A program made the position numbers and the translations under genes. A stretch of DNA of 64,000 nt from Porphyridium purpureum (taxonomy: Eukaryota): positions 248,001 through 312,000 of the forward strand of contig VRMN01000008.1 in the NCBI GenBank assembly GCA_008690995.1, read 5' to 3'. Of the stretch, positions 9,651 through 20,031 are shown piece by piece. Every line of letters starts with the position of its first letter. Within the stretch, counting starts at the first letter, position 1. Below the pieces are notes generated by a model, which worked only from the letters and a program-made list of their open reading frames with translations, was not told the origin of the DNA and did not search any database.

Positions 9651-11116
9651 TCAGTATCTAAACTTTTGGACAGTTTCAAAGTAGAACGCCACATTTTCTT
9701 CCGGAGTAGTCGGCATGACACCGTGACCCAAATTCACGATGTGTCCCACGTTTCCTGCCTTGTGAATCGTGTCAAGAATGCGGGCCTCAATAGCCGCCTT
9801 GTCCGCATACAGCACCGCCGGATCCATGTTGCCTTGTACTTTGACGTCTGGGCCCAGACGCGCTCGCGCCTCGGCCATATCAATCGTCCAGTCAAGCGAG
9901 ACGACATCATAGCCGCACTTCGCCATGCGCTCGATTAAGGTTGCCCCTTGCGAAATGTAGACAATGAGCGAAGTGTCTGGGTGTCGAGCCTTGACCTTAT
10001 CCACAATTTGCTTGTGGTAAGGGGCAGAGAACGCGTCAAAATCAATTGGCGACAACACTCCTGCCCAAGAGTCAAACACTTGCACAACCTGCGCGCCAGA
10101 CTCGATCTGATAACAAGCATAATCCGCAATGTTGTCCGCAATCTTCGAAAGCAATGCGTGCATAATTTGGGGCTCCGTATACATCATCTTCTTGGTCACT
10201 AAATAGTCACGCGACGTTTTGCCTTCAATGCAATAGGTTGCGAGCGTATACGGTGCACCGACGAATCCGAGCACTGTCGACGCGTTGCCAACTTCGCGGC
10301 GCAAACTTCCTAGCGTCTCCTTCACAAACGGACACGTTTTCTCGGAATCGATTTCATGAACCGTCTTGACGTCCTCTAGGGAACGAATTGGGCGCTGGAT
10401 GACTGGGCCCTTATCCTCTAGAATATCAAACTCAATGCCCATGCCTGGTAGTGGGGTGAGAATGTCAGAAAACAGAATCACGCCGTCAGGCTTGAACGCG
10501 TTCCACGGCTGCAACGAGATCTCCGTGCTGAGGTCCGCCGTTTCTGATCGCTCGCGGAACGAGGTATGCTTTTTGGCAAGATCCTGGTACACTTTCATAT
10601 ACCGTCCGGCTTGTCGCATCATCTGGAGATAAAATTGTCAATACAACACCGCGGAAAGGATAGCTCGAGCGCACGAGACTGGATTGTTAGAATCAGCCGA
10701 ACAATGAACAACTCGTACATGGACAAAAGGAGATACACAGTGACGCACCGACACAGAATCCTTTGAAGGAGGCTTCCGCATGCATGTAGCGTCCGCGTCA
10801 AGGGCAAAACTGATCCACCAAATCAGCCGAGGGGTGTTGGGACAAAGACAAACCGAAAGGGAGAGAAACGTACCCATGCCGGCGGGCGCTCAATCTTCAA
10901 GCCCTTTGCGGCGCGAACGAGGAGCGGACTGTCCTCATGTGCTGCGGCCGTTGCAGAAGCCGCGGCTTGAGCCTGAGCTGGCGCGTCGACCATGCGGAGC
11001 CCCGCGCGACGCCTTGCGTCCGCTGCTCGTGGCGCGGTCGCGCGAGGCTGCGGGCGCCGCACGGACGAACCATGAATCGCTGAACAGTCCCAGTGGAACT
11101 GCGACACGAACGCCAT
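9651..11116 (-). CDS. hemE: Uroporphyrinogen decarboxylase, plastid-targeted; 2 exons (11116-10874, 10622-9651)
   Basis: Splicing joins ...ERPPAW to MMRQAGRY, the URO-D signature. Other motifs: [42 protein letters not shown]- Ser/Arg/Ala-rich transit peptide. Confidence 0.96.
10623..10873 (-). other. Spliceosomal intron in hemE (251 nt, phase 0)
   Basis: Minus strand GTACGT...CTCCAG, with a CTAAC branch-like site near 10686-10690. Removal restores the conserved PxW-MMRQAGR motif. Confidence 0.9.
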
Positions 11117-11303
11117 GCTTGCGTATGAGCCTTGTTCCGCACGCCGTGAGCTCTGCAATCTCAGCGTCTTCCCAGCCTGCTCACACCTACCCGATGGTAA
11201 CAGACGCGCGCTATTCTCAATTGTCTCGGAATCTCCCACGTACCAACCGCGAGCTCCCGGCTCGAAGCGGCGCGCCGGCGCACAAACCGCGCCGCGTCGG
11301 CAC

Positions 11304-11311
11304 TAGGGTTT
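11304..11311. promoter_or_regulatory. Telo-box (TAGGGTTT) in the hemE/EB1 divergent promoter
   Basis: Exact reverse complement of AAACCCTA. Confidence 0.4.
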
Positions 11312-11642
11312 CTCCGCGCCGTCTTGGAAATGCGGAGGTACAGCTCATCCACCATACTAATTCCGGCTCGTTTGATCGGTGATTGCAACCCGCTGTACTC
11401 CCGCTACACGAAAACTGTACCTTCAACATCAGCGTCAGGTACAGTGCCGTGGAGCAGGTTTCAAAATTTCAAATTTTGCGGGTTTGGTTTTTGCGCGATG
11501 TGGCTGCTCCGCAGAGGGGGACAGGGAGGAGGCTGGGATAGTGGGTGTTCCGCAGCGCGCGTTGCGGAGAAAGCAGGGGCTGCACGCCGCGTTCTGGAGC
11601 TGGTTGGAGCGGCGGCTTAGCTGCCGAGGTCGCAATTTTGCC

Positions 11643-12737
11643 ATGGATGTTGTGGGAATTATGGAAGGCGCGTACTTCAAGCCGCGGACGGAGCTCCTGC
11701 GATGGGTCAATGCGACGCTCGGCTTGTCGTACAAGAAAGTGGAGGAAATGAGCTCCGGCTCCGCTTACTGTCGGCTCTTCAGCCTGATGTATCCAGAGTC
11801 CTTGCCGCTCGGGAAGGTGATCATGGCTGCGAAGCGGCGGGATGAGTGCCTCAGAAACTGGAAGCTCCTGCAGGCCGCATTCAACAAGGCAAATATCTCG
11901 TACAGCATTGACATCAACCGACAGATCGAGGCAAAGGCTATTGCGAGTCTTGAATTCATGCAGTGGTTCTATGCCGTGTGGTCGCGTCACAATGTTGCGG
12001 TCGACGTCAATGAGCACGAGTCCTTCGAAGATGTGCTCCCTCAGGGACAAGAGCCACTTCGCATGAACCGTTTACGCTCCCCGCCTCCAGAGCCTGAAAT
12101 GACCAAGGAAAACTTGACGCCATCCGCCACCATGATCAATCGCGCCGTGCGCATTCCACCTTCCACAAAGGCAGTCGGATCGCCGTCTAAAGTCGCCGCC
12201 CTTGAGCAGGAGCTCCGTCAAATGCACCTGGAAAACAAGAAACTCGAGTCGCGCATCGCAGATTTCAACGATCTTGTCGTGGACCTTGAAAAGGAGCGGG
12301 ACTACTACTACAATCTCGGGCTGGCGGTCGAGCAGCATTGCAAGGAGAATGTGACACAGCGCGGAAGCTCGTCATGCCATTGCTACCATGAGGTCTTGCG
12401 AGTCATGTTCGGCGACGCGGTTGAGTTGCCCGACAATACATCAGAGTATACAGAAATAGAAGCCGCAAAAACCCCACAAGAGAAGACGGTTGTCCCACAA
12501 CCACCAAAAGAGAATGCGATTGTCGCACAGTTGCCGCTTCCAGAGCGGACAGAGGGGCAGCCTGTTGACGGGGATACGGAACGTGAGGAGGTGAGCTGTG
12601 CTCCAGAGCAAAGAGAGGATACAGAAGAGCAGCTCCAGCCCCCCGAGCTCGAGCAGACTGCTGACATCTGCTTGGACACTTTGGACCTTCCAGTGGACCC
12701 GAAAAAGCTGGATGAAATGGAGGATTACTTTGCATGA
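11643..12737 (+). CDS. EB1: Microtubule plus-end binding protein EB1/MAPRE
   Basis: CH domain (MEGAYFKPRTELLRWVN...KVEEMSSGSAYC, NWKLLQAAF, LEFMQWF) and EBH domain (LEKERDYYYN). ATG at 11643. Confidence 0.93.
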   Translation: MDVVGIMEGAYFKPRTELLRWVNATLGLSYKKVEEMSSGSAYCRLFSLMYPESLPLGKVIMAAKRRDECLRNWKLLQAAFNKANISYSIDINRQIEAKAIASLEFMQWFYAVWSRHNVAVDVNEHESFEDVLPQGQEPLRMNRLRSPPPEPEMTKENLTPSATMINRAVRIPPSTKAVGSPSKVAALEQELRQMHLENKKLESRIADFNDLVVDLEKERDYYYNLGLAVEQHCKENVTQRGSSSCHCYHEVLRVMFGDAVELPDNTSEYTEIEAAKTPQEKTVVPQPPKENAIVAQLPLPERTEGQPVDGDTEREEVSCAPEQREDTEEQLQPPELEQTADICLDTLDLPVDPKKLDEMEDYFA

Positions 12738-12939
12738 CACACTGCTCTCTCGTGGCGGAATACAAGCGGCACAGAAAATGTCCGTTTCTCCAGCAGGCCA
12801 AAAGAAGCAACCGCAGCAATTCACTGCGATGGTACTTGGTCTGCGAAAATACGATTTCAGTGGCGACTTCTAAAAAAACAAAACCCTCTGTCTTCTCTTC
12901 AGAGTCGTTTTTAAATGCTTTGTCACAAGATGCTCAGGT

Positions 12940-14979
12940 TTATGATGAACACGAGTTGACGCACACTCCTGGGCGCTTGCTCCAAGACGGTGCGTTTTCA
13001 CGATATTCTTCCATGCCGGGTTGATCTTCAAACGGATTCTGTACCAGCTTAAGAAGCCGCAGGATCTCGCTTTCGTCTCCTTGCTCTGCGGCGTCAATCG
13101 CACGCTGGCACAAATAGTTGCGAAGGATATAAACAGGATTGGCCTTGTTCATCATCGCTATCCGTGATTCATCGGTCCAGCCAGCGTCTGCCTCACAATC
13201 CTTTGCCACACGTTCAAGATACAGCCCGAACCAGGAAGACCAGCGACCGCGGGCTTCGCTTTCTTCTAGACACGATCTAGGGAGCACATTCAGCCCAGTC
13301 AAGACATCCACGCAGGAGGTGCTAGTCGAGCAATCATTCCCCGTCACCCGCACAGTGTTCAAGCCGCGGAAAAGGTTGGTGAAGTCGACTTTGTCCTTCT
13401 GCATAGAATCTAAGAGAGATCCAAGAAGCGCATTGTCTTGCTCATCCGCCCACGATTTAAAACCCAGCTTTTGTCGCCAACGGTCACTCACACATTCCTC
13501 AAAGTAGCCTTTGAATGCGTTCAGCTCGCGTTCTGCTGCTGGAACACCGGTGAGATGTGCAATTGACTGCGCAAGCTGAAGCAAGTTCCACAGAATGATT
13601 CCGGGCTGCCTTGCATAGCAGTAACGTCTTCCTGGCATATCCGTCGTGTTCGGAGTATACGTTGGGTCGTACTCGTCCAGAAAACCGTAGGGCCCATAAT
13701 CTATCGTCAAGCCCAGAATTGAGGTATTATCCGTGTTGAGAACACCGTGAACAAAGCCAATGGTCTGCCAGCAAGCCACCAATTCAGCGTTTGACCGTAT
13801 TACCCGACGCAAAAATTCCGCGTAAGCGTTATGCTCATCTGCCGGGTCCTTGGACATGTCCGCGAGATCCGGGAAATGGACCTTGATTGCGTAGTCAGCG
13901 ACTTGCTTCGTAAGATCCTGATCCCCCCGAGACACGGGCAGTTCGAACGATCCAACTCGAAGGAAGGACGGCGCAACTCGGCAAACAACTGCTCCGGGTT
14001 CCAGCCGCGCGTTTCCCGAGTAGAACATGTCGCGCACCACGCCCGCGCCGGTCGCCACCAAGGATAATGCTCGTGTCGTAGGAATGCCAAGATAGTGCAT
14101 GGCTTCGGAGCACAGAAACTCACGAATGGAGGAGCGAAGAACTGCTCTGCCGTCGGCAAAGCGCGAATACGGTGTCCGCCCTGCCCCTTTTAGTTGAAGC
14201 TCCCAGCGCTCATCCCGCGAATTGATCACCTCACCAAGCGTAATGGCTCGACCATCGCCGAGCTGACCAGCCCAGTTTCCAAACTGGTGCCCGCCATAAC
14301 ACGCCGCATACGGCTCCATGCCAGGAAGTAACTCGATACCGGCAAAGACTCGCACAGCGAGTGGATTTGTGTAACCTTCCGACTCGGCAAGATCTAGAAG
14401 CGATGCGGTTCCGGGAGACCATGCCAGCATTGTGGGTTGTTTATAAGCCAGGCCCGCAGCTGCGACCGCGCCTTTTTCACCAAGCATGTTTGACTGGTCA
14501 TTTGTGGCCGGGTCCGTGGGCATCACCTTCGAATACAGGGCGGATTCCACTTGCCGCACATAGTTGTCAGTCTTGGGATCTCCTGGAAGCTCGCGTACAA
14601 ATGAGTTGTCGAATCTCAGCCCCTCAAGTGCGACAACGTGCCTCGCGGTCGCGCCTCCACTTTGAGCTTTCACGTCGCGCACAGACTCGTGTTTAGCCGC
14701 TCCCGCGGCTGCGGACGAGGCCGCTGAAGACGATGCGGCAGGCACCGACATCATCCTGGCGAACGTGGGAGCGCGAACAACTGCCGCCGCTTTGCGCCAC
14801 GCGTGCCAAAGAGGCGCCGTGAATGAGGTCCCGAAGCTGCCCGAACCCCACGGGATTGTCCGCCGCGCCGTGTGCACCGACGTAGATACGAAAAGGGCTG
14901 AGGGCTGCGTCGTTCGAAAGCCAGCTGTCTCCATAATCTTGATGTCAAGCCACTTTCCGACGTACCACTTTGCCTCCAT
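12940..14979 (-). CDS. selO: Protein adenylyltransferase SelO (Cys form) with organellar presequence; start uncertain
   Basis: YGGHQFG..AGQLGDGRA, QLKGAGRTPYSRFADGRAVLRSSIRE, GFVHGVLNTDN, IDYGPYGF, NP.YILRNY, C-terminal SCSS*. Confidence 0.95.
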   Translation of the reverse strand: MEAKWYVGKWLDIKIMETAGFRTTQPSALFVSTSVHTARRTIPWGSGSFGTSFTAPLWHAWRKAAAVVRAPTFARMMSVPAASSSAASSAAAGAAKHESVRDVKAQSGGATARHVVALEGLRFDNSFVRELPGDPKTDNYVRQVESALYSKVMPTDPATNDQSNMLGEKGAVAAAGLAYKQPTMLAWSPGTASLLDLAESEGYTNPLAVRVFAGIELLPGMEPYAACYGGHQFGNWAGQLGDGRAITLGEVINSRDERWELQLKGAGRTPYSRFADGRAVLRSSIREFLCSEAMHYLGIPTTRALSLVATGAGVVRDMFYSGNARLEPGAVVCRVAPSFLRVGSFELPVSRGDQDLTKQVADYAIKVHFPDLADMSKDPADEHNAYAEFLRRVIRSNAELVACWQTIGFVHGVLNTDNTSILGLTIDYGPYGFLDEYDPTYTPNTTDMPGRRYCYARQPGIILWNLLQLAQSIAHLTGVPAAERELNAFKGYFEECVSDRWRQKLGFKSWADEQDNALLGSLLDSMQKDKVDFTNLFRGLNTVRVTGNDCSTSTSCVDVLTGLNVLPRSCLEESEARGRWSSWFGLYLERVAKDCEADAGWTDESRIAMMNKANPVYILRNYLCQRAIDAAEQGDESEILRLLKLVQNPFEDQPGMEEYRENAPSWSKRPGVCVNSCSS

Positions 14980-15199
14980 CAATAACCTTCACCGGCTTCC
15001 ATGGGCAATCATTAAGCTCCAGCAGGAAGCATTTATTCATTCTAGGTGACAGTGACTTTCCCGGTTGGAGAAGGTATCCAGTCTTGTTGATTTCCGTGCT
15101 CCTCGACATACTCTCGGCGTGAAAGCAAACGCGAACGCGGCGCTCGCGTTTCATGCACCGGCGCACTGGCGCGTGTAGTGATTTCGGCCCTTTCGGAGC

Positions 15200-16240
15200 A
15201 TGCATTCGGACCTTGCCTGGCCGGGATGCGGGTTTATCGCACCCGTGTCCTCGTCACGACTTGCGCGCAGGTTGTGTACGGCAGAAACCATGGGTTTGCG
15301 CGAGAGGACGCTCGGATCTGATATGGAGCCTCGAGCAGTGAGGAAATGCCGCCGTCCGTCTACCGCGCAAAGTATATTCATGCAACATCAGCTCAGCTTT
15401 AACCCTTTCGCGAGCTTTTTCGAGCGCGTTGCGGACCGGAACACCCGGGAGTTTGGAATGGTGCCCGGTAGCTCTGATGAGGCATCTGCAGCCGTGCGGC
15501 AGGCAATCCGTGTTGCGCTGTTGCAGGGTACCCGGCGGATGAAAGTTGACGTACTCGCACAAGGATTCATGGTGGTCGAGGAATCACTGATCCCGAGCGC
15601 CGTTGCCTTGTTAATCTTTGGAATCATACAGGAAGTGGTCCAGGACCTCGCCCGACCACTTTCTCGGGTGAACTTGGTCTTTAATTCGCTGTCTATGATG
15701 TCGCGAATTCTATCTGATGACTTGTACCGCGTTGAAGTCGAGCGACTCGCGCGAGCGCATGGCATCCATGTAGAGGCGCATTCACTCGATTCATGGAGTC
15801 TTGACGGGATTAATAATGCACAGCTACCCAAGCTAGCACCCGATTCGATGACTGTGATTTTTTCGCCACGCAATCTGGAAGAAGGTGCCAACGCAACTAC
15901 GAAGCTGTTGCGGCCTTTCCTGCGTCTGTGCGAGGAGAAACAGGAGAGCGTCGTTGTCGTGGTCAATTCAACACTTGCTGACGCGGAGCCTATAGAGATG
16001 GCTCGCTACCAGGATGTGTATGGGCTCACACCGTATACATTGAACATTGAGAATGAACCGGACGCGGAACCCATCCGATTCGTTTCGCTTTTACGTGCAC
16101 CTCAGCAGCGGCTGGCAATTTTCATGTGGGACTCATCATTGCTTCGTTACTTTGCGTATGCCGTGGCAGCAAGTCCTACTCGGCCCTCCGCGGATGATAT
16201 GGCTCGTTATATTTTGGGAGAGAGACTGGCCGGGCGCTAG
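15200..16240 (+). CDS. DUF1995-like (LPA3-like) protein, probably plastidial; start uncertain
   Basis: PGSSDEASAAVRQAIRVALLQGTRRMKVDV matches the DUF1995 N-terminal pattern. Also VVVVN..L, and a C-terminal RPS motif. Confidence 0.55.
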   Translation: MHSDLAWPGCGFIAPVSSSRLARRLCTAETMGLRERTLGSDMEPRAVRKCRRPSTAQSIFMQHQLSFNPFASFFERVADRNTREFGMVPGSSDEASAAVRQAIRVALLQGTRRMKVDVLAQGFMVVEESLIPSAVALLIFGIIQEVVQDLARPLSRVNLVFNSLSMMSRILSDDLYRVEVERLARAHGIHVEAHSLDSWSLDGINNAQLPKLAPDSMTVIFSPRNLEEGANATTKLLRPFLRLCEEKQESVVVVVNSTLADAEPIEMARYQDVYGLTPYTLNIENEPDAEPIRFVSLLRAPQQRLAIFMWDSSLLRYFAYAVAASPTRPSADDMARYILGERLAGR

Positions 16241-16421
16241 CAAACAGAAGTTTTGGGAGTCACGTTTGAATTGTCAGCCGAGCTCAATCACTTTGCTTTC
16301 TATATGTTACCCCGGAGCAGTGGCGGTCTTTGACGAGAGGGGCTCGCGCGTTTTACGGCAACGCGCTGTACGCACAGCGACGGCCAAGATCTTTTTATGT
16401 CACTAGCCCTCGCGCCATTCT

Positions 16422-17684
16422 CTATTGCTCCTTTTTCAGCGGCCTTATTGTCATGTACTGCCGCACGACCTCGTCCGTAGCTGCCTTTCGAGCCTCTTGG
16501 TGCTTCGAAACCATCGCTTGCAACACTGAGGTCAGCTCAGCCTTGATTTCTCCCGTCAGCATTCTGCCTGAGCTGTACTCTTCGCGAATCTGATCAAGAC
16601 GGTCGTCGTCTTCCAAGAAGAAAGTCAAATACCTGTACGGAATATCTACCGCAACGTTTCCACCTTTTTCTCGGTGCTCCTCAACGGTGGCCCCTCCGCC
16701 GGAGAATGCGTACTTGTTGATCTTGGACTTGATCTGCTTCGGAGTGTCAGTTACGAAGATGGCTGAATTCGGGTCGGAGGCGCTCATTTTGGCATCGTCA
16801 CCCTGCAGTGCTGGAAAGAATTTGCTGTGTATCAGTGCGGGTTTGCGATACTTCAACTTGGGAGCCACATCACGAGTCATCCGAAAGTAGGGATCTTGAT
16901 CGATTGCACACGGAATCAGGCATGGCAGGTTGCTTTTTTCCCCAAAGATGGCCGGGAAAGAAGACGAGAATGACGGTGCTGCTTGCACCGCCGGGAAACC
17001 ATGCTTGCCAATGTTGTCCGAGTCGCCGAATCCGAAAATTCCGCGCGCCTGATTGTACGTCACCAGTCGCTGGATCTTGACGATGTTTGAGTACATGTGA
17101 CCAATGTAATCAGAATTCGCAAAGATGAAGGTCAGCTCCGGGTCGAAGCCCACCGCAATGATGTCTTTCGCGTTCTCGCGACCCAAGCGTACATATTCTT
17201 CAAACTTCAGAGAAGCGTCCTTCGCGAAAAGGAACTTTTCATCGTCAGTCAGCTGAATGACGCAGGGCACCTTGAAAGCGCGCTGCAGGTACGCAGTGAA
17301 TTCGAAAGGAATCAAGTGGCCCATATGCAGAGCCTCTGACGAAGGACCCCTGCCCGTGTATAGGAAAAAGGGCTTTCCCTTCTCGTACATGTCCAGCAGC
17401 TGATCTAGCTCGCGATGAGAGAAGAATATACCTCTGCGCAAGAATCTGTGCGCCGGCATCCCCGTTGCCTTTTCAACACGTTGAACGAGCTCTGGCGAAA
17501 TGCGCTGTGATCCAAAGTCGCGGATCAGCTTCTCATAGTCCACCTTGCCTGATACCTCCCATGGCGTAATAACAGCTGCTTGTTCCCCACTCACCTTCAA
17601 AGCATCCACGGCGTGCCCGACTTGCTCGACCTGCAGCTCGCCCGGAGGCGGGTCCACAGCGAGAGCGTCTCCGCCGTCGCCCAT
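16422..17684 (-). CDS. WARS: Tryptophanyl-tRNA synthetase, cytosolic (eukaryote/archaeal type)
   Basis: [20 protein letters not shown] (HIGH), [23 protein letters not shown] (KMSKS), AFSGG. ATG at 17684. Confidence 0.97.
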   Translation of the reverse strand: MGDGGDALAVDPPPGELQVEQVGHAVDALKVSGEQAAVITPWEVSGKVDYEKLIRDFGSQRISPELVQRVEKATGMPAHRFLRRGIFFSHRELDQLLDMYEKGKPFFLYTGRGPSSEALHMGHLIPFEFTAYLQRAFKVPCVIQLTDDEKFLFAKDASLKFEEYVRLGRENAKDIIAVGFDPELTFIFANSDYIGHMYSNIVKIQRLVTYNQARGIFGFGDSDNIGKHGFPAVQAAPSFSSSFPAIFGEKSNLPCLIPCAIDQDPYFRMTRDVAPKLKYRKPALIHSKFFPALQGDDAKMSASDPNSAIFVTDTPKQIKSKINKYAFSGGGATVEEHREKGGNVAVDIPYRYLTFFLEDDDRLDQIREEYSSGRMLTGEIKAELTSVLQAMVSKHQEARKAATDEVVRQYMTIRPLKKEQ

Positions 17685-18061
17685 CGCGCGCGTCGCAGAG
17701 AAGAAGGACCTCCTTGTGCGTGCGAGGGCAACGCAGCGGATGAGCGCAAGAACCGCCGGTCGGATCACACTTGCCACGCTGTCAACACGAGAATCTGAAA
17801 CGAAGAATCTGCGTGTCCGCGTTTGTTGTCCCCGCGAGGTCCGATCTCTTAGGCGACACTGGCAACAAATGACACACTGGACGCGCTGTACGCCGCATGA
17901 CTTGTGAGAGAGAGACAAGCGTGGCGGTAAGCGTGCAGGAGGTGTAGCGAAGGGCCGTTAGGGCGCGGCTTTGACGCTTAGACTCCCGGGCGCGCGGCCC
18001 TCGCCGCAACTACCGCGGAAGCCGGCCCAAACGCATTGCGGGGCTTTCTAGCGGTGGAGCG

Positions 18062-19162
18062 ATGGAGGATGTCGTGTGGGACACGCTCGGCAGAGAGGTG
18101 CTCATGGGCTACTCGCGGGCAGTTTGCGCGCCGCAGCTGCCGAACTTTTCGACCAAGGCGGTCTACGAGATGCAGAGCTCAATAGAGGGCGCGTCGCTCT
18201 CTGCGTTTGTGGTTGAGCGCACAGATTTCGGTGCGTCGGCAGGCACCGGTGCCGCGCGCACAAAGCGCGGCATGATGTTCGATAGCCCCAGCCCCGCTCG
18301 GTCGTTCGGTGTATATTCGCAGGACGGCGGCGCTCGTGCTCTGTCTAATTGTTCTGCTGGAGGCTTTCCCAGTTTTTCGGACAACAGCGACCTTGAGGTG
18401 CTGAACCCGCTGACGGGCCGCCCGCCCCTGCCCTTTGCACCGTACGGAAAGAGCCCGAAGCTTTGGCCCATCGACATTTTTGCGCTGTATCACAATGCGT
18501 GCCGCTCCTCCTTCTCAGACTTGTACGAAGCGTATGACTGGGCGCACACCTTTTACCATGGCTCGGAGACCCGCCTCGTCCTTCAGCAATTTTACGACTT
18601 CTACGCGGTGTTCCAGGCGTTCCTGTCGCGCGTGCTCTCAATGGAGGACGAGGTTGTTTTCGCTTGGATGGAGTCGCGATGCGAGCTTCCGTTCGAACTG
18701 CAAAGCGCGCAGCGCGCTCCAGTGAAGCAGGACATCATGGAGCCGTTGAACATGATTTTAGAGGGCAAAGTGGCTTGCATGGAGAGCGAAGACTGGAAGG
18801 GAACGCTGTCGTTTCTGAAGCAGCACATTGACTCGCTGGTGATTCGGACGACCAAGTGGTTCCGGCTGGAACTTCAGCTGGCCGTGGACTGCATTCTGGA
18901 AGCCGGGTACCCAGCGAAGGACTGCAATGAGATCTTCCGGTCGATGGTGCGCCACTTGCAGCGTGGCAAGAACGGCAACTTGAACGTGGTGCTGCTCGCG
19001 AACTGGATGAAGCCCGAGGCCGAGCTGCACAACACGTGGAAGTACGACGTGCTGGGCGCGCACAAGCTGGCGCTGTACTCGATCTGGGAAAAGTCGAACG
19101 GGCGCTACTTCACCTTTGTGCAGAACGCGCAGGCCAAGCGCGCGCCGTACCAATACTTCTGA
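18062..19162 (+). CDS. Hypothetical protein with a degenerate hemerythrin (HHE)-like helical domain
   Basis: 366-aa ORF with GC3-rich codons. W..DIFALYHNACR..F.DLY and LSMEDEVVFAW resemble the HHE motifs H..iR and H...EE..lFP. Confidence 0.55.
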   Translation: MEDVVWDTLGREVLMGYSRAVCAPQLPNFSTKAVYEMQSSIEGASLSAFVVERTDFGASAGTGAARTKRGMMFDSPSPARSFGVYSQDGGARALSNCSAGGFPSFSDNSDLEVLNPLTGRPPLPFAPYGKSPKLWPIDIFALYHNACRSSFSDLYEAYDWAHTFYHGSETRLVLQQFYDFYAVFQAFLSRVLSMEDEVVFAWMESRCELPFELQSAQRAPVKQDIMEPLNMILEGKVACMESEDWKGTLSFLKQHIDSLVIRTTKWFRLELQLAVDCILEAGYPAKDCNEIFRSMVRHLQRGKNGNLNVVLLANWMKPEAELHNTWKYDVLGAHKLALYSIWEKSNGRYFTFVQNAQAKRAPYQYF

Positions 19163-19380
19163 CGCGGCGCACCGACCCCCTGCCGCGCCGCGTCACCCCC
19201 CACCCCCCACTGTACAGACTTGCTGTACACACCGGGTGTACACTTTGCGTGTACACCCGCCTTGTGCGGGCGCTTCCACGGCGGCGGCGTGGACTGCGCT
19301 CCAACCATACCTGCCCGTCCACGTGCCTTCCACGCCACGCCGCGGTCACGCGAGATCTCGCGAACTGTCGCGTTCGTACA

Positions 19381-19389
19381 TATATAAAA
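19381..19389 (+). promoter_or_regulatory. TATA-box-like element upstream of the R2R3-MYB gene
   Basis: TATATAAAA in an otherwise GC-rich region. Confidence 0.4.
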
Positions 19390-19553
19390 CCCGCGCGCCC
19401 GCAGTCTAATTTTTTCCTCATACCGCGCGCGCCGCGGGTGGTGGCCGTCCGTACGGCTGGAACGTGGCCGGTCCCTACCCCCCTACCCTCAAACCACAAT
19501 CAAACGGCACCGCCTTGTGATTTTCGGGAGGTGGGAGGGTTCCGATCGAGATT

Positions 19554-19598
19554 TTCGGAGTGTTCGGAGTGTTCGGAGTGTTCGGAGTGTTCAGAGTT
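19554..19598. repeat. 9-bp tandem repeat (TTCGGAGTG) x4 plus one degenerate copy
   Basis: Direct reading. Confidence 0.9.
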
Positions 19599-20031
19599 GT
19601 TCCGGTTCTCGCTGCCTGTTGTGTCATGTCAACGGACCATCGTGTTCAAGTTGGCGTGTTTTTGGTTGCGTTTCGTTGCGGTGGGTGCGCAAGTGGGGCA
19701 AGTTGGGTGTGCTCGAACGACATGAGCATAAACAGCGCGGGGTACAAGGCGAGAACGTGGCGTGTGCGTGGGTGGGCTTGGATGGCTGACGGCTCGGCTC
19801 GGCTCGGCTCGTGGTTGGAGGGACACTCATCATCACATTGGTTCGCTCGCTCGCTCGCTCAAGAGGCCAAGAGGTGAAACACCTCCGCCACCAGTTATCG
19901 CGCGACGTCGCGACGGGACGGTGCAACGGTGAGCGTTGCCGTGTGGCGTGGCGGAACGCGGCTCGCAGCGAGGCGTGCGCGCGCACGGGTGCGCGAGGGC
20001 GTGTCCGCGCGGGTGAGGGTGTTCAAGGGAG

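Noticed and set aside
12940..12960. Possible selenocysteine (UGA) readthrough in SelO
   Set aside because: The codon is TGT (Cys) and the stop is TAA.
17685..17918. In-frame N-terminal extension of TrpRS (dual targeting)
   Set aside because: No in-frame ATG upstream of 17684; it would need non-AUG initiation, for which there is no evidence.
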